Positions 57,237-64,000 of a DNA stretch of 64,000 nt are shown here, one piece after another; position 1 is the first letter of the stretch, and each line of letters opens with the position of its first letter. Made by a program: the position numbers and the translations under genes. The notes under the pieces are model-generated. The model was not told the origin of the DNA, searched no databases, and worked only from the letters and a program-made list of their open reading frames with translations. The DNA comes from Candidatus Woesearchaeota archaeon (lineage in GTDB: Archaea > Nanobdellota > Nanobdellia > Pacearchaeales > GW2011-AR1): contig CAZDXC010000002.1 in assembly GCA_964509675.1 (NCBI GenBank), positions 7,425 through 71,424 on the forward strand, written 5' to 3'.

Positions 57237-57647
57237 TTATGGTCTTCTTCCCCTTCTTCCCCCTTTCTTTTTAGGTCCTCCTCTCGGATATTTTGTAGTA
57301 TCTAATATGTTTAATATCTTAAATCCTTCTCTGGTAAGACTTTTGATTATTGCATTTGCTCCAGGGCCTGGAGCAGGATTTCTTGTTTTAGCCCTTATTC
57401 TTATATATAAAAATTTTACTCCAAGTTCTTTTAATGTTTCTGCTATTCTTTTTGCTATAAATATAGCAATGGTGGGATTTGCCTTTAATCTTCCATGCTT
57501 TGTAACTTGCCCTCCGCTAACCTTTGTAATTGTTCTTCCTGACATATCTGTTACATGTGCAATAGTGTTATTAAAAGAAGTATAAATATTAATAACGGCC
57601 TCTGGATTCTTTTCTTCTTTTAGCCCTTTTTCTTCGGTTTTATTCAT
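57237..57647 (-). CDS. rps11: 30S ribosomal protein S11 (divergent)
   Basis: SFNNT..HVTD.SG, PGPGA and GGRRGRR. Confidence 0.92.
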   Translation of the reverse strand: MNKTEEKGLKEEKNPEAVINIYTSFNNTIAHVTDMSGRTITKVSGGQVTKHGRLKANPTIAIFIAKRIAETLKELGVKFLYIRIRAKTRNPAPGPGANAIIKSLTREGFKILNILDTTKYPRGGPKKKGGRRGRRP

Positions 57648-58131
57648 TTTTAGCCTCCACAATTTTTTCAGTTACTTTCTTTTTTTTGCTTTTTTTAAGG
57701 GAGATTTTATTTTCTAAATCAACAGGAACCATGTATGAAGGGGAATTTATATTATTCTCTCCAATTAAAACTTTTTTGTGAGTTATCAATTGCCTTGCAC
57801 TTTTTGGACTACGCGCAATTCCTTTGCTAACAAGAACTGTTTGAAGTCTTCTTCTTAAATAGTCTCTTTTATCTAACGAAAGTACATCACTAATAGAATT
57901 AACCTTAAAACCCATTTTTTTTAACTTTTCAAAAAAAGCCATTTTCTCACGTTCTTCACCCGAGATTAATTTTTTGGCTTTTTCTCTTATCGATTTTATT
58001 TTTGCATCTGCTTTCCATATTTCTTTTTTATTTTTTAATCCAAATTCTTCTTTTATTTTTGCTTCTTCCTGTATTCTTGTTTTGTCAAAAGGCCTCTTTG
58101 GTTTAGAGTATGTTTTGTGTTTTCTTTTCAT
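57640..58131 (-). CDS. rps4: 30S ribosomal protein S4
   Basis: GLKNKKE.W, RRLQT and ARQLI.H. Confidence 0.95.
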   Translation of the reverse strand: MKRKHKTYSKPKRPFDKTRIQEEAKIKEEFGLKNKKEIWKADAKIKSIREKAKKLISGEEREKMAFFEKLKKMGFKVNSISDVLSLDKRDYLRRRLQTVLVSKGIARSPKSARQLITHKKVLIGENNINSPSYMVPVDLENKISLKKSKKKKVTEKIVEAKNE

Positions 58132-58613
58132 TTTACTTTCTTAGCCACAGCTTTCTTTTTAATTCCTACACTTTTTCTTTTATTCTTCCTAAAATGGCTC
58201 TTTGTTCTTTGTCCTCTTGAAGGAAGGCCGCTTGCATGCCTATATCCTCTATAGCTTTTTATTTTTTTCAATTTTCCAATATCCATCTCTTTTTGCAATT
58301 CTAAATCACTTCCAATAAGGTGCCGGTTTTCTCCTTGTTCAACATCTAATTTTCTATTAAATAAATATGAAGGCATTTTTGGATTTTTTATGAAGTTATT
58401 TATTTTATCAATTTCTTCTTTACTTAATGAGCCAATTCTTTTGTTTTTATCAATATTCAGCATATTGCATATGGCATTGACCAGGCTCCAGGATATTCCT
58501 TTTATTTTTGTCAACCCTACAAGAGTTTTTAATTTTCCTTCAATATCTTTTGATAAAATCCTGACTAATTTTTCTTCATATTTCTTCTCATCTGTTTTTG
58601 TGGTTTGTTGCAT
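58128..58613 (-). CDS. rps13: 30S ribosomal protein S13
   Basis: SYRG.RH..GLP.RGQRTKS. Confidence 0.95.
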   Translation of the reverse strand: MQQTTKTDEKKYEEKLVRILSKDIEGKLKTLVGLTKIKGISWSLVNAICNMLNIDKNKRIGSLSKEEIDKINNFIKNPKMPSYLFNRKLDVEQGENRHLIGSDLELQKEMDIGKLKKIKSYRGYRHASGLPSRGQRTKSHFRKNKRKSVGIKKKAVAKKVK

Positions 58614-58614
58614 T

Positions 58615-59160
58615 CTATTTTACAAATAAGTTGTGTCTTTCAACATTTACCAGTTCTGAAAATATTCTTTTCTGTATTGCCTTTTCCGGGTCTGGAATGT
58701 TTTGTATCCGTTGTTTTATATCTTCAAAACTTTCAAAAGGTTTTTCCCTTCTCTGTTTTAATATTTCCTGCATATGTTTTTTGCCGAATCCAGGAAGCAA
58801 TTCAATTTGATGGAGCCTTTTATTTATAGCTTCTGATTTATTGAAAAACTCAACAAATTCCTTTTCTCTTTCCTTAACTATTTTTTCTATAAACTCCTGT
58901 AATTGGTTTTTTGCAGATTCCGTAAGTTTTTCTCTGTGTAATCTTCCAAGAATATAATATATCTTGTCCCGTTTTCCTTCTCCAATATAAACTTCTTCTC
59001 CTGCTTCCAGAGAAACCCCTCTTCTAGGAACCAGTTCTAATAATATTAAATTCCTTTTTCCGATAGCTTGGGCTATTGGCATCATTTTTCCTTCTAAGGG
59101 ATATCCATTCGGTAGATAATCTAATATGACTGCATTTTCTTCTTTTTCCATCTTCATCAT
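58615..59160 (-). CDS. DUF655 putative RNA-binding protein
   Basis: LDYLP.G, AQAIG, LLEL and RLH..ELLPG.GKK. Confidence 0.92.
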   Translation of the reverse strand: MMKMEKEENAVILDYLPNGYPLEGKMMPIAQAIGKRNLILLELVPRRGVSLEAGEEVYIGEGKRDKIYYILGRLHREKLTESAKNQLQEFIEKIVKEREKEFVEFFNKSEAINKRLHQIELLPGFGKKHMQEILKQRREKPFESFEDIKQRIQNIPDPEKAIQKRIFSELVNVERHNLFVK

Positions 59161-59462
59161 TTAAATTTTTTAATTGTATCAAGTATTTTTTTTGTTTCAT
59201 CTTCGTCCAAACTTACATCCACAAAAATTTTATTTAATTCTTCTGGATTTTCAGGCAACAAATCCATTATTTTTACCAAATGTTCTGACTTCATTTTTAT
59301 AAGATTAAGAGCCTCTATTTCTTTTTTTAGTTTCTTTGCTTCATTTGTCTTTAATTTTACAAATTTTTTTATAAATCCAATTACTTCTTTCTCGCTTTCT
59401 TTATCTTTTTTCAGATACTCAAGCACCTCGATCATACTTAATGGTTCGCTGTTTTTTATCAT
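59157..59462 (-). CDS. rpoF: RNA polymerase subunit F (Rpo4)
   Basis: KI.DLLP...EEL; conserved rpl21e-rpoF-DUF655 order. Confidence 0.88.
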   Translation of the reverse strand: MIKNSEPLSMIEVLEYLKKDKESEKEVIGFIKKFVKLKTNEAKKLKKEIEALNLIKMKSEHLVKIMDLLPENPEELNKIFVDVSLDEDETKKILDTIKKFK

Positions 59463-59473
59463 TATTTCTTAAT

Positions 59474-59725
59474 TTATTTTATTTTTTTTAAATGTATTGG
59501 CTCTATTAAAATTGTTTTGTTTTTTTTATTGTCCTTTATTTTAACAATATAAGCCTTCCCCCTTTTTCCTTCAACAATCCCTGTCAAACCCTGGAATCTT
59601 TTTGGGAAATTTACTGGAAGTGACTGTTCTTTAGAGATTGCTACAAAATCTCCTTTTTTTAATTCCTGAAAGTATCTACTAAGCTGCAATTTTCCTCTAG
59701 TCCTTATGGGTTTTTTATTTACCAT
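59474..59725 (-). CDS. rpl21e: 50S ribosomal protein L21e
   Basis: GD.V.I, RFQG.TG.V.G.RG.AY and P.HLK. Confidence 0.93.
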   Translation of the reverse strand: MVNKKPIRTRGKLQLSRYFQELKKGDFVAISKEQSLPVNFPKRFQGLTGIVEGKRGKAYIVKIKDNKKNKTILIEPIHLKKIK

Positions 59726-59766
59726 TAAATACTCAGAAATATTTCATTTAAAAAACTATCTTTATG

Positions 59767-59997
59767 CTATTCTTCTTTTTCTAATATGCTTTCTTTTGTG
59801 ATTCCAGAACGAAGCATTTTCAATGTGCTGGAAGTGTCCATATGAACCAAATCATCTTCGTCCCTCGCTTTTGTATAATTCGCTTTCAATGTGGCGAGCA
59901 TTTTTGGCCCCCAAACCTTGGTGCCACAGTCATCACAAAAACCCAATACAGAATCCTCATGCACTTTTTCCTGTTTGCAAAAGAAACACTTTTTCAT
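59767..59997 (-). CDS. Small Zn-finger protein
   Basis: CFFC...CDDC..VWG.KM. Confidence 0.7.
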   Translation of the reverse strand: MKKCFFCKQEKVHEDSVLGFCDDCGTKVWGPKMLATLKANYTKARDEDDLVHMDTSSTLKMLRSGITKESILEKEE

Positions 59998-60054
59998 TTT
60001 TTTACCTTTTTGTTATCTTGAAAAATAAAATTAGTTTTTAAATATTTTTATTCT

Positions 60055-61269
60055 TTATTCATACCTCAGTGCATCGGCTGGTTTTAATCTTGCTGCCTGT
60101 AATGCAGGAAATATTCCAGAAAGTGTTCCAATTAAAAAAGAGAACATCAGTGCTCCAACAATTAGAGGGAAACTTATGCTTGCTTTTAATAAATTTGTCC
60201 CAAGAGTTGTTGTGGCAATATATTCCACAGTTTTGCCTAATCCAATACCCAAACCAATACCAATTGCCCCTCCGACTAATCCCAAAAGTCCTGATTCAAA
60301 TAAAAAGATGTATAAGATGTCAGAATTTTTTGCTCCAACTGCCTTCATTGTTCCTATTTCTTTTGTTCTCTCCAGAACAGAGGTGTACATTGTATTCATA
60401 ATTCCAATTCCCCCAACCACAAGAGAGATTGCTGCTATTCCGACTAACACTGCTTGCACAATTCCAAAAATATTTGTAAAGGTAGTTAAAAGTTGTTCAG
60501 AAGTCTGTACAGTAAATGTTTCCTGGTCTTTTTTCTCCCCTCTTTCTTCTCTCAATTTTCTTGTTATTGTATCTGCTACATCCACAGGATTAAAACCTTC
60601 TTGTGTCTTTGCTACTATTTCACTTTCTTCATTTTTTACATTTAAAATTTCCTTTAATGTGTTTTTTGGAATATATACAGCTGCATCATTAAATGGATCT
60701 CCAGTTTTTCCTAATATTCCCACCACCTTGAAATCGGTTCCTTCTATTTTAATGGTGCTTCCAATTTCTACTCCCCGTTTCCAAATTTTTCCATCTACTG
60801 CATTGTTATATCCAACAACTGCTTTGTAGCCATCTCCTTTTTTTAGATCTCTTCCTGCAATTATTTTAAAACTCTGAATTTCAGAAAAGAAACCTATGTC
60901 TTCTGGAGCAATTCCTATTGCCATCTGAACCTTGAGTTCATTTCTAAATTCCAAAACAGAAGTTTTTATTAATATCCCTGTAGTTTCTTCAACCCCCCTG
61001 ATTTTTTTTACTGTATCTAAATCTTTTTCTGTAAGGATTAATTTTTCAGAACCCGTACTTCCTGGAGGACCGATTGTTTTACTTTGTATAATAATCTTGT
61101 CTTTTCCCAATTGTTCAAATTGTTCGTTTATCGCAGCCTGTAATCCCTGCCCTAAACTTATTAATCCTACCACTGCCGCTATTCCTATAAAAATTCCTAT
61201 CATAGTAAGCCAGCTTCTTAATCCTCTCCTTTTAAGATTAGAGAAGGCAAGCAGAAAATGGTCTTTCAT
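60055..61269 (-). CDS. ABC transporter permease (MacB/FtsX family)
   Basis: RS.LT..GI.IG, GIMNTM..SV.ERT.EIG..KA.GA and P...AA.L.P.DALRYE. Confidence 0.93.
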   Translation of the reverse strand: MKDHFLLAFSNLKRRGLRSWLTMIGIFIGIAAVVGLISLGQGLQAAINEQFEQLGKDKIIIQSKTIGPPGSTGSEKLILTEKDLDTVKKIRGVEETTGILIKTSVLEFRNELKVQMAIGIAPEDIGFFSEIQSFKIIAGRDLKKGDGYKAVVGYNNAVDGKIWKRGVEIGSTIKIEGTDFKVVGILGKTGDPFNDAAVYIPKNTLKEILNVKNEESEIVAKTQEGFNPVDVADTITRKLREERGEKKDQETFTVQTSEQLLTTFTNIFGIVQAVLVGIAAISLVVGGIGIMNTMYTSVLERTKEIGTMKAVGAKNSDILYIFLFESGLLGLVGGAIGIGLGIGLGKTVEYIATTTLGTNLLKASISFPLIVGALMFSFLIGTLSGIFPALQAARLKPADALRYE

Positions 61270-61270
61270 T

Positions 61271-62177
61271 CTATCCTTTTCTTTTATTTCTAATTTTTTT
61301 CCTGATTCTTCTATAGACAAAAAATAAAATCAACACACTCAAAATAGAAACAATTATAATAAAAGTGTTATTCTTATTTATGATTCCCAAATCCATAGCC
61401 TCTTTTGCAGTATATGTTCTTATTGATATAACTTTATTTTCTGTTATCTGATTATTTCCAGAATCTGTATAAATCAATTTAATTGGAATGTTAATAGTTG
61501 AGGGAGCAATTGAACTCACAAAAATATTGAAATCTGCACTGTCAAAATCATTGCTATCTATTTCCAATATAAACTTCTTTTGAACTCGTTATTTGAATCC
61601 CTGCAATTTGATTCAGGTTAACACTTAGAAATTTAGCATTTCCCAATCCAGAATTTATAATTTTCAGGCTTATTTTTCCTTTTGTTCCCTTAATCAAATT
61701 GCTTTCTGAAGAAACATCCATCTTAGGTTTCGCGTTTATTATAACACTCACCAAACCCAAATTTTCATCCTTTACTAACGTTCCGTTATCACTAAGAGTG
61801 TAACTAACCTGAACAGGGACCATGTAAGTTCCTGAAGATGCATCTGAAAAGACAGTTAAATCAAAACTTGCTTTCTCATCTTCTCTTTCTAATATTTCAT
61901 CTATTCTTGCTTCATTTGAAGATTTATAGGGTGCAAAAGGAAGTTGATAAATTATTTGCCCTGTAGTTGGACTTATGTCAGGGTTTAAATCTAAACTTAC
62001 AGTTACACTTTCAATATCTTCATTGAGATTATTCTCTATTTTTAAATTTAGAACAAAATTTTCTCCTGGCTCTATTTCACTTGGATTGCTGTTTACAGAG
62101 TTTATAGTTAAGGCAGAAACTGAATAAATCTGCATAATAAATATTATTACTAAAAAAATCCAAAATTTATTTTTCAT
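61271..62177 (-). pseudogene. COG1361 S-layer-like exported protein split by a frameshift near 61560
   Basis: ORF 61554-62177 ends VYIGNR*; ORF 61271-61567 continues IDSNDFDSADF to a TM anchor. Confidence 0.7.
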
Positions 62178-62869
62178 TTTTTTACCTTCCTGTGTTCGAT
62201 TATTCTTCCATCAGATATTTTTAAAACTTTCTGAGTATATTTTATTAAATCCAAGTTATGTGTTACAAGGATTATTGTTTTCCCTTTCTTGTTCAGGTCA
62301 ATAAAAAGGTTAATAATTTCCATTCCTGTTTTAGTGTCTAAGTTGCCTGTTGGTTCATCTGCAAGGATGACTTCTGGATTATTTGCTAATGCTCTCCCTA
62401 TCGCTACTCTTTGTCTTTCCCCTCCAGAAAGTTCACTTGGAAAATGATTTTTTCTGTGTGTTAAATTAACCTCTTTTAAAATTTCCTCTGCTCTTTTCAT
62501 CCTTTCTTCTTTTTCCACTCCATGAAATATCATCGGAAGTGCAATATTTTCTGCTGCATTGAGTGTTGGAATTAGATTAAAAGTCTGAAAAACAAATCCA
62601 ATTTTTTTCCCTCTGATTTGTGCAAGTTCTGATTCAGGGAGATGTTCTATGTTTTGTCCATCCAGAAAAATGTCTCCCTTACTTGACAAATCAAGAGCAC
62701 CAACAAGATTCATCATCGTGCTTTTTCCGCTTCCGCTTGGCCCCACAATTGCAATAAAATCTCCCCTCTTAATTTGTAAATTAATATCGCAAAGTGCTTC
62801 TATTTCTGTGTTTCCTAATCTGTAGTATTTGCATACATTGTTTAATTCAATTATGTTATCATTTTTCAT
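62174..62869 (-). CDS. ABC transporter ATP-binding protein (LolD/MacB type)
   Basis: GPSGSGKS, LSGGERQRVAI.RAL, DEPTGNLD and VTH. Confidence 0.95.
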   Translation of the reverse strand: MKNDNIIELNNVCKYYRLGNTEIEALCDINLQIKRGDFIAIVGPSGSGKSTMMNLVGALDLSSKGDIFLDGQNIEHLPESELAQIRGKKIGFVFQTFNLIPTLNAAENIALPMIFHGVEKEERMKRAEEILKEVNLTHRKNHFPSELSGGERQRVAIGRALANNPEVILADEPTGNLDTKTGMEIINLFIDLNKKGKTIILVTHNLDLIKYTQKVLKISDGRIIEHRKVKK

Positions 62870-62993
62870 CTTAATTTTCTCAGAATAATTCTGAGGAATC
62901 CCCTCTTAATTTTTTTGTAAGGCTCTTATTTAAATTTATGTGTTGAAAAGCTGAAAAGGCAATATTTATAAATCAAAAATAAAAGATAATAAT

Positions 62994-63191
62994 ATGATAA
63001 TTCCTGTTCGTTGTTTCAGTTGCGGAAAGCCAATAGGACATCTCTGGGAAGAATACAAAAAAAGAATTTCCAGTGGAGAAAATCCAAAAAAAGTAATGGA
63101 TGAACTTGGCTTAGAGAGGGCTTGCTGCAGAAGCATGTTTTTAGGACAGACAGATTTGATTGAATTAGTCGGAAAGTTTAAGAAGAGTTAA
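62994..63191 (+). CDS. rpoN: RNA polymerase subunit N (Rpo10)
   Basis: MIIPVRCFSCGK...R.CCR. Confidence 0.96.
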   Translation: MIIPVRCFSCGKPIGHLWEEYKKRISSGENPKKVMDELGLERACCRSMFLGQTDLIELVGKFKKS

Positions 63192-63448
63192 CTTTTTATT
63201 TTCCATCTGCTTGTATGTCCACAATTTTCACAGGTTATAGATAATATATTTTTCTTTATTTTTATGCTTGAATTTTTATAAGGAGAAAAGCATTTTTTGC
63301 AGAATAATTTTCTCTTTTCTCCAAGTTTAATATTATGCCTCATTGCAAGTTTTTTTGTTTTTTTTATTTCTCTTGGTGTTTTGTTTTCAATATCCTCAAA
63401 AAATTCTTTAATCTGTTTTTCTGCTTCTGTTTTTGAAATTTTTTTCAT
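63188..63448 (-). CDS. rnp4: RNase P protein component 4 (Rpp21)
   Basis: LAM......FCKKC...ITCENCG..R. Confidence 0.8.
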   Translation of the reverse strand: MKKISKTEAEKQIKEFFEDIENKTPREIKKTKKLAMRHNIKLGEKRKLFCKKCFSPYKNSSIKIKKNILSITCENCGHTSRWKIKS

Positions 63449-63484
63449 AAATTTCTTAAGAAAGAATACTATAAAAACATGCAG

Positions 63485-63602
63485 TCGAAGACAGCTTTAT
63501 GATTTGGCACCCTTTGGGGCACTAACGTCATAAACATAGGAAGCTTAACTTCTGTGTTCGGAATGAGAACAGGTGTTTCCAACCTATTATGGCCGTCTTC
63601 GA
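63485..63602 (-). rRNA. 5S rRNA, stand-alone
   Basis: Reverse complement TCGAAGACGGCCATA...CACC.GTTCTCATTCCGAACACAGAAGTTAAG...GCTGTCTTCGA; helix I closes; about 118 nt. Confidence 0.92.
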
Positions 63603-63662
63603 AAACTTATCGATGAAGAGATTTATAAAGTTTTTTATATGCTTAATTTTTCTATTTTTTAT

Positions 63663-63746
63663 GCGGAGTTGCCAGAGTGGTCAAATGGGCGAGATTAAGG
63701 CTCTCGTGGCTTAGTGCCTACAAAGGTTCGAATCCTTTACTCCGCA
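63663..63746 (+). tRNA. tRNA-Leu with anticodon AAG
   Basis: CGAGA-TT AAG GC-TCTCG; aligns without gaps to tRNA-Leu(CAA) at 56272, with an identical variable arm. Confidence 0.85.
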
Positions 63747-63757
63747 TAGAAATTAAT

Positions 63758-63850
63758 GCGCCTGTAACTCAGTTTGGATTAGAGTGCCACCCCCCTACGA
63801 AAACTGCAGGGGTAAGGTGGAAGTCGAAGGTTCAAATCCTTCCAGGCGCG
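63758..63850 (+). tRNA. tRNA-Arg(CCT) with a 17-nt intron (63798-63814) and C33
   Basis: GCGCCTG/CAGGCGC; CCACC-CC CCT A[intron]A-GGTGG; CCCC/GGGG helix with a TAA bulge. Confidence 0.78.
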
Positions 63851-63901
63851 TCAGAGTTTAATAATAATATTTAAAATACCTCGCTTTATTATACTATCAA
63901 C

Positions 63902-63972
63902 GCGCTGATAGTTCAGTGGTAGAATATCTGCCTTCCAAGCAGATGACTCGGGTTCGAATCCCGATCGGCGCA
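63902..63972 (+). tRNA. tRNA-Gly(TCC)
   Basis: TCTGC-CT TCC AA-GCAGA; GGTTCGAATCC. Confidence 0.95.
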
Positions 63973-64000
63973 TTTAATAATATGGAAGAAGAGAAAAAAG

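Noticed and set aside
63066..63082. Mini-ORB-like ATTTCCAGTGGAGAA in rpoN
   Set aside because: It is an imperfect dyad with no G-string, isolated and far from the origin; probably chance.
63694..63700. Reading the tRNA-Leu anticodon as TAA
   Set aside because: It requires a C-T mismatch in the stem and a one-base shift relative to the paralogous tRNA-Leu(CAA).

Overview
AT-rich archaeal chromosome segment, most consistent with a DPANN lineage such as Pacearchaeota/Woesearchaeota. The taxonomy is inferred from gene content: PolD, Cdc6/Orc1, GINS, RadA, a split Hef, short divergent ribosomal proteins and a large cluster of class III signal-peptide genes. Most of the window is housekeeping: ribosomal proteins, RNA polymerase subunits, SRP54/FtsY, TyrRS, aIF2-alpha, EF-1beta, seven tRNAs (three with introns), a stand-alone 5S rRNA, a type IV pilus locus, and a cdc6-adjacent replication origin with ORB boxes around an AT-rich unwinding element. 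Five observations stand out. (1) An integron-like array lies directly upstream of a short serine recombinase: 230-315 bp units separated by four copies of a 13-bp site (ACCTWAGTKYACA), with two small orphan ORFs both reading QTSP across the site. (2) Two convergent winged-helix genes beside oriC carry a full ORB box and 12-bp iteron-like repeats inside their coding sequences. (3) A tRNA-Leu has the anticodon AAG (A34), which is exceptional for Archaea. (4) Short palindromic elements occur in tRNA introns, in UTRs and in-frame within proteins. (5) There is an ArmA/Rmt-like 16S rRNA methyltransferase. All calls come from motif recognition only; no database searches were run.
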